Below are positions 17,982-27,552 of a stretch of DNA of 63,603 nt, one piece after another. How positions within the stretch are numbered: the stretch's first letter is position 1; each line of letters begins with the position of its first letter. Below the pieces are notes generated by a model. It ran no database searches, had not been told where the DNA came from, and saw only the letters and a program-made list of their open reading frames with translations. This stretch comes from a virus. The DNA lies in IMG/VR virus record IMGVR_UViG_3300035665_000029; one strand, 5' to 3'. The translations under genes and the position numbers were made by a program.

Positions 17982-20915
17982 ATGACTGGATACTCTAAAG
18001 CCGAGTTCTTACGGGCAGTATTACCATCGGAACAAAACGGGCAATACTACTGTTCTGTATTTATAGGTAAGAACGATAGGGATAGTAATATAGAACGTAC
18101 TATACAGAGATTCCACCGTACAGTAGATGAGTTAATTGAAGCAACAAGCAACCCACCTGATGGTATATGGAATACGTTTTACTTAGTCGCAGCATCAAGA
18201 ACCGAAAGCCGTAAACGTGAGTCTATAGTTCAACATAAAGCCTTCTTTGTTGACGTAGATTTAAAAGACTATAAAGATAAGAAAATAGCTTTTGGCGCAT
18301 TACAGAACTTTTACACAAATTTAGAACTGCCAGCACCTACGATTGTGGATTCTGGTAATGGTATCCATGCATATTGGGTATTAACTGAGGCTATACCTAC
18401 CTTTGAATGGCGTAGAGTAGCTGAACACCTCAAGCAGTTGTGTGTAGACAGCAAATTCTATGCTGACCCTACCTGTACAGCTGACACCTCACGTATCTTG
18501 CGCGTTCCAGACACATACAACATGAAAGACCCAGACAGTCCGAAACGCTGCGTGTGTGGACATATTGGTACACCGATAGAGTTTGATCTGTTTAAAGCCT
18601 TAATAGGTTACGTTGAGCGTGATTCTTTCGATGAGTTGGAGCACATGCTTCAACCGGTTATGGATACCGCCACGCAGAATATCTTAGCTGGCGCATCACA
18701 ACACAAGCTCTTCCAACAAGGTGTAATGCACAGTATGCAAGGCGTAGGGTGTGAGTACATTAAGCTGGCCTACCAACGTCAGGAAGTTATGACAGAACCT
18801 CAATGGCGGTCAGCATTAAGTATCGCTCAGTTCTGTAACGACCGTGATAAGGGTATCCATGCTATATCTAAAAAGTATCCGGGGTACTCAAAAGCTGACA
18901 CTGAGAAGAAAGCTGCAGGGATTGAAGCACCTCATACGTGTGACAATTTCAGAACAGTATTTGCTGTCATGGATAACACAATACCTACACCACCAGACGG
19001 TAAGTCATACTGCGATTTATGTGTACACCGTAAAACGATTAAATCACCTATATCTTTGTGCATTACTCATAAAGAAGCCTCTGCTGAAGACAGCGTTATT
19101 GATGCAGTCGATGAGTCTACCGGTACAAGCATTACAGTCAGTATCCCTGTGGAAACCTATCCATCACCCTACAGCCGACGCGAAGGTGGTGGGGTGTATA
19201 AACGTGCTCGCTTAGATGTGATGGAGAACGGTGATGTACCTTCAGTACAAGAACTACAAGGTAAACTTGTCTATGAGTATGACCTGTGGGTAGACAGCAT
19301 TCAGGTTGATCCTTTAGCGGGTGAAGTTATCGTATTGGTGTTGAAACAACCTAGACAACCCTTAGTCCGTTTTGCTATTCCGTTGAATAAGGTAACCGCA
19401 TTATCAGAGTTTACTGATGCCGTATCCAAGCATGGTATTGCGGCACCGAACTACAAAGAGTTGATGGAGTATGTGAAGGCTTTCGTTACTAAACTGCAGC
19501 GCACCACGGACAAGATCAAATGCCCTGCCAGTTTCGGTTGGGATGCAGACTACAGCTCGTTTGTTTTAGGTACTCGTAGGTACATGTCTACGGGTGAGAT
19601 CGAGTTTTGTTTACCGTCAGAAGCAACAGAGTTTGCATCGCAGCATTATGGTATGAAGAACCTGAGTAAAGTAGAAGGTTCGACTGACGATGATAAGATT
19701 AACCGTATGATGAACACATGGCAGTCGATATTTAAGCTTCACGATAGACCACGTCAGGAGCCTAGACTATTCGCTGTGTTCGTTAGTATGGGCAGTCCGA
19801 TGTTTGCCTTCTTTACCAACATTGATGGCGTTATGCTGCACCTTGTTAGTAAAGAGTCTGGTGTAGGTAAATCATCTGTGCAGCATGTGGCCAACAGTGT
19901 GTGGGGTGTACCTGATAAAAACACATTGATGAACCTGAACGATACTAAACTATCTGTACTGCAACACCTTGGTGTTCTACGTAATATCGCTATGTGTATT
20001 GATGAGATCACTACCATTGAGCCTGAGAAGCTATGCCAGTTCTGTTTCGACGTGTCGTCTGGTCGGGGTAGACATCGTATGGAGTCTCACTCCAACCGTA
20101 TGCGGTCTAATGTTACTGAGTGGCGCACACCGGTAATCACATCGGGCAACAACGGTCTACATCAGCTTATGACCCAATACAAACTCGTAGCTGATGGTGA
20201 GGCTATGCGTGTGATGGAGATGGAAGTATACCCAGATAGAGAACTGCAAGATCCAGTAAACAAAGCCATGACTGACCGCATGTTCTCTGAGGATTTGATG
20301 GCGTCATACGGTGTTGTTGGTGACAAGTTGTTGAAGTATTACGTCACCCATACGGAAGAGTGCAAAGCTGAGCTTATGGAGATTAGACGTCGTATAGACG
20401 TACGAGCTGGATTAACTCAGAGAGAACGGTATTACTCTGCGCTATGTAGTGTCGCTATGCTTGGCGCTACGGTCAGTAAACGTTTAGGTATCCATGACGT
20501 AGACTTAGATAAGTTCGAGAGCTGGGTAGTGTCACTATGTCGCACTAGCTCTGAGGAAGCTGAACTTAACCGCATCCCATTGATTGACCAGATGAAAGAG
20601 TTCTTACATGAGATGGTGCCGTTTACCGTTGCTGTAACTTCTGCACACGGTAAGGTTAGTATTATGCGGGACTCTGCTAGTGGCATAGTCCATGTGAAGC
20701 AGTTAAGAGATGAAAACCATGTGTATGTCTGTTTGAGTAGGTTAAAGTCTTGGTGTACCGATCATGGTGTACCTATTAACAATGTAATAGAAGCAATGGA
20801 AAACGAAGCCGGCGGGATAATAACCCCTTACCGGCTTGATCTAACTTCTACAGTTAACATCCGATGTTTACGTATGGACATTGATAAACTCGGAGATATA
20901 GAATCGCTCCTGTGA
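17982..20915 (+). CDS. Bifunctional primase-polymerase (AEP) / SF3 (D5-like) helicase
   Basis: FFVDVDLKD and SGNGIHAYW primase-polymerase motifs. Walker A SKESGVGKSS with Walker B CIDEIT. The track ORF start at 17940 lies inside the terminator hairpin. Confidence 0.75.
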   Translation: MTGYSKAEFLRAVLPSEQNGQYYCSVFIGKNDRDSNIERTIQRFHRTVDELIEATSNPPDGIWNTFYLVAASRTESRKRESIVQHKAFFVDVDLKDYKDKKIAFGALQNFYTNLELPAPTIVDSGNGIHAYWVLTEAIPTFEWRRVAEHLKQLCVDSKFYADPTCTADTSRILRVPDTYNMKDPDSPKRCVCGHIGTPIEFDLFKALIGYVERDSFDELEHMLQPVMDTATQNILAGASQHKLFQQGVMHSMQGVGCEYIKLAYQRQEVMTEPQWRSALSIAQFCNDRDKGIHAISKKYPGYSKADTEKKAAGIEAPHTCDNFRTVFAVMDNTIPTPPDGKSYCDLCVHRKTIKSPISLCITHKEASAEDSVIDAVDESTGTSITVSIPVETYPSPYSRREGGGVYKRARLDVMENGDVPSVQELQGKLVYEYDLWVDSIQVDPLAGEVIVLVLKQPRQPLVRFAIPLNKVTALSEFTDAVSKHGIAAPNYKELMEYVKAFVTKLQRTTDKIKCPASFGWDADYSSFVLGTRRYMSTGEIEFCLPSEATEFASQHYGMKNLSKVEGSTDDDKINRMMNTWQSIFKLHDRPRQEPRLFAVFVSMGSPMFAFFTNIDGVMLHLVSKESGVGKSSVQHVANSVWGVPDKNTLMNLNDTKLSVLQHLGVLRNIAMCIDEITTIEPEKLCQFCFDVSSGRGRHRMESHSNRMRSNVTEWRTPVITSGNNGLHQLMTQYKLVADGEAMRVMEMEVYPDRELQDPVNKAMTDRMFSEDLMASYGVVGDKLLKYYVTHTEECKAELMEIRRRIDVRAGLTQRERYYSALCSVAMLGATVSKRLGIHDVDLDKFESWVVSLCRTSSEEAELNRIPLIDQMKEFLHEMVPFTVAVTSAHGKVSIMRDSASGIVHVKQLRDENHVYVCLSRLKSWCTDHGVPINNVIEAMENEAGGIITPYRLDLTSTVNIRCLRMDIDKLGDIESLL

Positions 20916-20928
20916 TGCGACAACTCAA

Positions 20929-20950
20929 CCCCGCCTAGGCGGGGTCTTTT
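20929..20950 (+). terminator. Terminator hairpin between the convergent arms
   Basis: ccccgc-ctag-gcgggg followed by tctttttt. Confidence 0.7.
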
Positions 20951-20955
20951 TTGTT

Positions 20956-23900
20956 CTACATCTTGTCGCGGTATATCTTCTCAGCTTTAGCTGCAAGGGT
21001 GTTTATCATCCGTTTGCGCTGGTCAATACGCTCATTCCGAGTTGCTTCATTCATATCAGTATTAGCTTCAAGCATTTTTATCTCTTTGCCTAACTGCTGC
21101 ATCTGTCTACCGATCTGATCGTACACCGTAGCCATACCCAGTTTCTTTTTCACATCTGGATCTGCTGCCAGTTTTTCTACCTCTTCCTGACGTCCCTGAT
21201 CCTGTAATGTCTTCAAACGTGAACGGAAACTATCCAGATCTTCTTTATGTGTATAGAAGTCTGTCCGTTGCTGGCTCGCATACTTAGTACCAAATATACC
21301 CTTCAAACCTAAACCCGGTAGTTCTACAAAATCCTTACTCGGTTTGACTGGCGCGTTGTCTGGTTTAAGTACATTATCGGCCAACCATACAGCGGCCATA
21401 CCTAATTCAGCACCATAACCACGGAACAAGTTATCCCACATAGGTGCTGATATACCTGTTTTAGACAGCAGATTTGCTGTTGCGCTAGAGCGGTCTGATT
21501 CTAGTTGGTAATGCTCGCCTTTGGTCTCAATGTCTTCTCCAGTATAAAAAGACCGATTTATCCAGTTCTCAACTATAGGTTTCATAATTTGTGGGACAGG
21601 CAACAATGAATACCCCATACCACCCGGCACCATACCTTTAACTTGATCTGCAGCGGCAGCCATAAGTTGCTGTGCTGACTTTGTACCCATACCATACCGT
21701 ACCATCATTTCAGGCAACCACTTAATGAAAGCAAACTCTGGCGGTAACGCGATAGCCATTGGGTGATCTTTTATACCTGTGGGAAATATCCAGTTTGTGT
21801 AGCGTTTACTGTCTGGAATATTTTCGTACTCCTCACTACCACTCATGTACATAGTGTATGCCGTAGACAGCATACCGATAGTAGCCACTTTACCTAAGAA
21901 CTGACGTCTGAACTCCGCTCTGTCTTTCATTGGTATGTTAGATGCAGTAATCGCTTTTCGCATTAACTCCAGACCGTTAATACCTGCAGACAAGAATGGA
22001 ATCAACAGACGGGCCTGCTTCATCGCTTGAGAAGACCCAGTTACCGAGAAGTTGATGTTCTCTCTAGCCATCATAACTGCATAGTTTTCCGCGTCTTTAC
22101 CATGTAGACCTTCTTTAGCCGCTCTAAGCAATGCTTCTTTGTAAATAGCCACACGAGTCGCGCCGTCTACTGCTATGTGCGTTTTGTTTAAGAGAGTTGC
22201 ACCTTTGTCTACCGCAGCTGCTATGGCACCTTTGTTCTTCATTCTGGTACTTAAAGTATCCATAAAATGGTGGACATCACTAGCATTTACTGAAGGGTCA
22301 ACATGACCAATAACACCACGACGAGCCAACATGTCATACGTAGGGTTATTGCCCTGCATAATGCTAGTAAGCTCTTTCATGGTGTGAGCAGGTGTTATCC
22401 AACCTAAATTAGTAGCCAATGTAGCCGCAATTGGATCTCTCGCAATCTGACGTATCCAGTTGCCCGGGTTGTTTAATGCACCTGCACGTAGCATTTGTGT
22501 AGCGCCACGAGCCACTTTCATCAGAGGACCAAAATCCATCTGTACTTGCATCAATGACGGAATAAGTTCTGGGCTATCGACCTTATAGAACTTCCGCTCA
22601 CCGTTCACCATAACCGCTAGGTTACCCTGCAGCTCTTTCTTGACGGCACGTTCAACTTCACGTGCAGCACCTACAGCAACAAACTGCTCACCGATAGCTT
22701 TCTTGGTCTCATTCGCCATGATACCGAGCGTCATACCAGCATAGTGCCGTGTCATGTTTTCCCAGACGTTTACTTGATGTTCAGCCGCTGTACGTTCTCT
22801 AAACACTTTAGTCCGAGTGTTGCCCACCTCAGTAGGTTTACCTTCTTGTACACCTAAACGCTGTAGTACCTCTTCACGTAGCATGTAGCGAGGTGAGTAG
22901 CTGGCGTTTTTCATAAACACGTCACGTGTTTTCCTATTGATTAAACCTGAGTCAAATGCAGATTTAATCAGAGACTTGTTGATCTCACGCCACATATCAA
23001 GCGCATCATTCAGCTCAGGGTACTTAGCCCGTAAGTCAGCTACGTCTTTCTCGTGCTGTCTGAACTCAGCCATGTTGCCGGTGATGTGTTTACCTACTTT
23101 ACTCGGATCACGTTTCAATTGGTCAGCTGCATCCAATACGTAGGCTACATGGTTGAACAGGTCTCGACCCTCTTTACCGATCTTGTCTACTTGACGCTGC
23201 ATCTCATAGATAGACGCATTGACCACTTTGCCAGAACTTAACCGTACAGGGATCTTCGTGATGTCCATCGTGCCGTCTTTCAACAACTCGATACCACCCA
23301 TCTGTAGTGCATTGGTGATGAAGTTCGGTGCAGTAGACATAAAGCGTCCGACAAGATCTGCACGTTGCTTTTCACCGACCATCTTACCTAGATGTGGTGC
23401 CAACGTAGTCTCTACACCATGCCATTCATTGACAAACTTCTGGAAGAAACTATCCATCCAAGAGTTCATACCTTTCACACGCTCAGGAATAGTCTTAGGC
23501 GCTTCGATGTCTTTCATCGTTGTGTACCCTGAACCTACTGCACGTTTGATGAGCGGATCGTTTGTTTGTATAGACGCACTACGTTGTATTTCACCTACAG
23601 TACTGCCTTCTTCCTGACTTGTTGCATATTCATCTGTACGATCTTTGATCGAGTTTAAAAACTCAGCTACAGACTTTTCAGGTAGATACTCTTTATTTTT
23701 GGTGAAGAATTCACGTAGAATTTTGCCTAACCCTGCAAAGAACTTATCCACTACTGACCGTGGTTGCTCAGCGGATGTAGCCCATCTAGCTGTTTGGTTG
23801 GCAAACCACTCACTAAAACTTTTAGTGTAACTATTTAATCGTTCCCTTGGGATAGGTGCATGTATATTAGATTTCTTTGCTAATGCGGGCGGATAAAATA

Positions 23901-26900
23901 ATTCAGCTACGTCATGGGATGTAGCAGCTTTACCGTGAGCTTCAAGATACCTATTAAAATCCGCTTTGATGGCCGCTTGAACATCTTTAGGTGCAGCATT
24001 TAAATAGACTTTCTCTACAGTATGACCCATCTCATGGGATAGGACTTCCAACTGCTCTTGTGGTGTTAGCGTATTATCTATTGTAATTGCATAATCGCCG
24101 GTAAGCTTACCTTCTATATCATGTAGAGGTAAATGTAATCCATGTTCTGAAGATAGATCTGAATGAGCAACACCCTCTAATGACCCTTTGAGTTTGTTTT
24201 TTTGTGCCCACTCTTTGTCTGTAATGAATACACGTTTACTGTTAGGTAAACGATCAAGACCTAATTGCGTAGACCATACAGAAACAATCTTAGACAGTAC
24301 AGGATCACTAAGCTTCACAGCTATCTGACCATCACCAAACATAGCTTTCATCTGCTTATCCCCTGCAGCGAAAGACTCTTTTTTGAGTTGGTCAGCTTTG
24401 GCTACTAAGGATTGTTTTACGGTTGGATCTAACCAAGATACATTAGATACATCAGATCTACCGTATGAAATGCCATCTTTTCCTTTGTTAACAAACGGTA
24501 CGTAGAAAGTTACGCCTGTAAACATAGCTCTATTAGTCAGCAGCCCATGATTAGTTTCAGGGTCATAATAAACAACCCTGTCTTTAGGGATACTTAACTC
24601 TTTAGCTACATGGGATATAGCGGCGTCATACTCAGCTCTTTTGGCATTCTCTTCTGCAACTTTTAGTGCTTCTGCAGCTTCAGCTTTCAACTTTGCAGTT
24701 TTCGCTTCCTCTTTTATACGATCTTTTTCCGCTTGTGCAGCTATACGATCTTTTTCTGCCTGCTCTGCTACCTTATCTCGTTCATCCTGTTCTGCTTTAA
24801 GTTTAGCTGCATTTTTAGCTTCACGATTGGCTTTACGCTTTTCCTTTGCAGCCTCAGTGACTTTACGCTTTTTCTCTTCGATTTTCTCTTGCGTATTATC
24901 GAGGTTAATTACCGCATCTACAGCATTACCCGCGGTTTCGGCTGTTGGGTTTTCGTTATTGTCCGCAATGGCTTCTTCAGCACGTTTATGTGCAGCAGTT
25001 ACAATAGGATCAACGTCACCCGTAACACCCACGTCATCTGGGTCTGCCCAATTTTTAGCTTCTTGGTTTATCCCTACCACTGTTCTTACATCGTCATCCG
25101 GTAGTTTGGTTAGGGTAGGTTTTTTACCTAACTCAGTTTCTCTTGCACGAATAGCGGCATACCGATCCCGTTTCTCCTCATACTGTGGGTCAAGCTCATC
25201 AATAGTCTGTAATCTATCTCGCTCACTAGCCAGTTGCCCCTTACTCATAGATGCATATTCAGGGTATGAGATAGGCGCAACAGGTTCTTCCACCTTCGCT
25301 TCAGGCGCAGCGGTCTTTTCTACAGGTGTAGTAAGTTCTACAGACTTAGCTTTTTGTGCCTCGCGTTTAGCTATCTGATCATCGGTTAGTATATGTGCAG
25401 CAGCTTGTTTATCAGTCACAATATGTGATACACCTTCATCATACGTCTTAACTATTTGCCTTGTATCTTCGCTACTGGCAGCAACAACTTCGTTGTAATC
25501 CTGTTTTTGTTGCTCTAATTCAGCCTGTCTAACAGCTTCTTCCTCAGCGCTTTGTTCAGCAGCTATCTTTTGACGTTCAGCATCTCTTGCTGCATTAACT
25601 TTAAGTTCGTGGTATGCCTTAACATTCTGGGTGACTCTATCAATGTTTAGAGGTTTACCGGGCGTGTGTAACTTAGATATAGAGTCCCAAATAGTATCCC
25701 CCTCCATATCCGGCGGAGTGTTTTTAAGTTCCTCTATAGATACAGGTTCAACCTTAAGTTTACCTACAGCTTCCTGATAAGCTTTCTCGGGAGTATTGGT
25801 CTCAAAATACTTACGTACTGTTGTAGGCACAGTAAATGATTCTGGGTTTTTCCATTTACTATTTATTGTGCCATCCCAACTTTTCTTCACATTATCAGGA
25901 AGAGACGTAAAGTCTTCACCGGGGTAATGCTGCTCAAATAACTGTGCTGATACATCAGATATCTGTTTTCTTATATCCGCAGGTTTATTAGGACGCACTG
26001 TTGGCGGAGCTACATAGTCAGGTGTATGTGTAGGTGTAGCTAATTCCGCTCCCAATTCAGGTGTAGCTAATTCCGCTCCCAATTCAGGTGTAGCTAATTC
26101 CGCTCCCGCTTCAGGCACTGGTACCTTTTCTGGTTTACCCGCTATACGTTCAAAGGCTGTAAGTGTATTTTTCTTCGGTTCGTACACGCCCGGTTGATCT
26201 TTACTTTCGCGTGTTGCAGTGCCTTTGGCTTTTACTGCGTCGTTAAACCCTTTTCGTTGTTTATCTGATAAATCAGAGTATGCAGGGACATCGTCTCTGC
26301 CGGATTGTGTGCGTAGGGTTTCCCAGAGCTGGTCGGTAGATTGCTCAGGGTGGAAAGGTGTGTTGTCTATGTCGTACTGATCTTTTAGTTCTTGTGCTGC
26401 AGCAACGTCTTTTCTAGCATCAATAGCTTCAGGTGATACGCCCTCTGCTGTCGCTGCGCCTTCTGCTCGTAGCTTAGCTTCTCTGACAGGGTTGTGTAAT
26501 ACAGCATGACCTGCACCAAAGATCGGGGATAATAAAGCTAACTGTTGCGATAGTTCACCAGCTTCTTCAGTGGTCATCGGTTTCTCGCCTGTTGCGTGGC
26601 GAGTCAAGGCTTCACTAGCTAGTGATAATGGGATATTAACTGCAGCATTACCCGCTGCACCTGCCGCTACGTCACCTGCAAAACCACCCCAAGTACGTTG
26701 ACCCGGAACTTCTGTAGCTGCTCTAGTTGCTGCTTCTTGTGCTGCTTGAAATGGCGCTGCTTTGGCTTCTTGTGCAGCTAAATTCTCTACAGGACTTAGA
26801 GGACCTAAATCGCCCTTATTGGCTACGCCTGCTACTTCCGCAGCTTTTGCTTCTCGTGCTGCTAACGCAGCTTCTCTAACACCCGCTTCAGCGGCTTCAG

Positions 26901-27543
26901 GTGTTACACGCCCTAAACCTTTTGCGACAGCTTCTGACGCATAGGTACCTAATCGACCAGTCGGAATTTTAGCAACGTTCAATGCAGCTAATGGCCCACC
27001 GTAAAGCATGGATTCTGTATCATCACCACCACGATGTTTAACTTCACCAACTGAGGCTAGGTATTCATTTACCCCTGCAGCGGCTAGACCTAAGGGTCCA
27101 AACATAGGAGCACTCATAACCATAGTTGGTCCAAAACGACCGCCCATCTCACCTAAAGGTTCCGCAATATGCTTTTTACCTTTAGCCAACAGCTCTGCTA
27201 TAGGACCGTTCTCTGCTCTAGCTCTAGCAATGTCTTCCTCTGTAGTACCTTCATACATACCAGCTGCTTCTTTACGTGCAGCTTCAGACGAATTTAACCA
27301 GTCTTGCGAGTAGTTTTTCATACCCGCAGCGTCTAATAACGTGGCTATACCTTGTTCAGCTGATGCTTTACCTTCCGTTAACCCATGCTTAAACGCTGCA
27401 CCGATACCTGTCTTAGCTTCGTGTGCTTGTTGTTGGGTGTAAAGTAGGTGGGCCTGTTGTATTACCTCAGCTTCAGGTGCATTAGCTGGGCCTTCTACGG
27501 TTAATATTCTTCCGTCAGGACCTTGAACTTTGTATATAGCCAT
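20956..27543 (-). CDS. Giant virion-associated (ejection/polyvalent-type) protein, 2195 aa, with HExxH zincin-like motif
   Basis: Single long ORF at the distal end of the structural arm. Contains LSHEMGHTV, charged coiled-coil stretches and a 3 x 9-aa PELGAELAT repeat. Confidence 0.7.
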   Translation of the reverse strand: MAIYKVQGPDGRILTVEGPANAPEAEVIQQAHLLYTQQQAHEAKTGIGAAFKHGLTEGKASAEQGIATLLDAAGMKNYSQDWLNSSEAARKEAAGMYEGTTEEDIARARAENGPIAELLAKGKKHIAEPLGEMGGRFGPTMVMSAPMFGPLGLAAAGVNEYLASVGEVKHRGGDDTESMLYGGPLAALNVAKIPTGRLGTYASEAVAKGLGRVTPEAAEAGVREAALAAREAKAAEVAGVANKGDLGPLSPVENLAAQEAKAAPFQAAQEAATRAATEVPGQRTWGGFAGDVAAGAAGNAAVNIPLSLASEALTRHATGEKPMTTEEAGELSQQLALLSPIFGAGHAVLHNPVREAKLRAEGAATAEGVSPEAIDARKDVAAAQELKDQYDIDNTPFHPEQSTDQLWETLRTQSGRDDVPAYSDLSDKQRKGFNDAVKAKGTATRESKDQPGVYEPKKNTLTAFERIAGKPEKVPVPEAGAELATPELGAELATPELGAELATPTHTPDYVAPPTVRPNKPADIRKQISDVSAQLFEQHYPGEDFTSLPDNVKKSWDGTINSKWKNPESFTVPTTVRKYFETNTPEKAYQEAVGKLKVEPVSIEELKNTPPDMEGDTIWDSISKLHTPGKPLNIDRVTQNVKAYHELKVNAARDAERQKIAAEQSAEEEAVRQAELEQQKQDYNEVVAASSEDTRQIVKTYDEGVSHIVTDKQAAAHILTDDQIAKREAQKAKSVELTTPVEKTAAPEAKVEEPVAPISYPEYASMSKGQLASERDRLQTIDELDPQYEEKRDRYAAIRARETELGKKPTLTKLPDDDVRTVVGINQEAKNWADPDDVGVTGDVDPIVTAAHKRAEEAIADNNENPTAETAGNAVDAVINLDNTQEKIEEKKRKVTEAAKEKRKANREAKNAAKLKAEQDERDKVAEQAEKDRIAAQAEKDRIKEEAKTAKLKAEAAEALKVAEENAKRAEYDAAISHVAKELSIPKDRVVYYDPETNHGLLTNRAMFTGVTFYVPFVNKGKDGISYGRSDVSNVSWLDPTVKQSLVAKADQLKKESFAAGDKQMKAMFGDGQIAVKLSDPVLSKIVSVWSTQLGLDRLPNSKRVFITDKEWAQKNKLKGSLEGVAHSDLSSEHGLHLPLHDIEGKLTGDYAITIDNTLTPQEQLEVLSHEMGHTVEKVYLNAAPKDVQAAIKADFNRYLEAHGKAATSHDVAELFYPPALAKKSNIHAPIPRERLNSYTKSFSEWFANQTARWATSAEQPRSVVDKFFAGLGKILREFFTKNKEYLPEKSVAEFLNSIKDRTDEYATSQEEGSTVGEIQRSASIQTNDPLIKRAVGSGYTTMKDIEAPKTIPERVKGMNSWMDSFFQKFVNEWHGVETTLAPHLGKMVGEKQRADLVGRFMSTAPNFITNALQMGGIELLKDGTMDITKIPVRLSSGKVVNASIYEMQRQVDKIGKEGRDLFNHVAYVLDAADQLKRDPSKVGKHITGNMAEFRQHEKDVADLRAKYPELNDALDMWREINKSLIKSAFDSGLINRKTRDVFMKNASYSPRYMLREEVLQRLGVQEGKPTEVGNTRTKVFRERTAAEHQVNVWENMTRHYAGMTLGIMANETKKAIGEQFVAVGAAREVERAVKKELQGNLAVMVNGERKFYKVDSPELIPSLMQVQMDFGPLMKVARGATQMLRAGALNNPGNWIRQIARDPIAATLATNLGWITPAHTMKELTSIMQGNNPTYDMLARRGVIGHVDPSVNASDVHHFMDTLSTRMKNKGAIAAAVDKGATLLNKTHIAVDGATRVAIYKEALLRAAKEGLHGKDAENYAVMMARENINFSVTGSSQAMKQARLLIPFLSAGINGLELMRKAITASNIPMKDRAEFRRQFLGKVATIGMLSTAYTMYMSGSEEYENIPDSKRYTNWIFPTGIKDHPMAIALPPEFAFIKWLPEMMVRYGMGTKSAQQLMAAAADQVKGMVPGGMGYSLLPVPQIMKPIVENWINRSFYTGEDIETKGEHYQLESDRSSATANLLSKTGISAPMWDNLFRGYGAELGMAAVWLADNVLKPDNAPVKPSKDFVELPGLGLKGIFGTKYASQQRTDFYTHKEDLDSFRSRLKTLQDQGRQEEVEKLAADPDVKKKLGMATVYDQIGRQMQQLGKEIKMLEANTDMNEATRNERIDQRKRMINTLAAKAEKIYRDKM
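26033..26113 (-). repeat. 3 x 27-bp tandem repeat inside the giant gene (encodes ELGAELATP x3)
   Basis: ggtgtagctaattccgctcccaattca repeated; the third unit is slightly diverged. Confidence 0.85.
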
Positions 27544-27552
27544 ATGTATATC

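Noticed and set aside
24641-25378. 245-aa plus-strand ORF (and 24733-25104, 23219-23617, 27008-27313) inside the giant gene
   Set aside because: Its Ser/Ala/Phe-rich low-complexity translation is antisense to a charged coiled-coil segment. It is a shadow ORF with no RBS and no neighbours on that strand.
20956-27543. The giant protein as an N4-like or crAss-like virion RNA polymerase reading the early hairpins as promoters
   Set aside because: Hairpin promoters would fit the CGTAGTG boxes. However, I found no DxDGD motif or T7-like RNAP motifs by eye, and a consensus sigma70 promoter already precedes the early arm. The idea remains a speculation that only profile or structure searches could revive.
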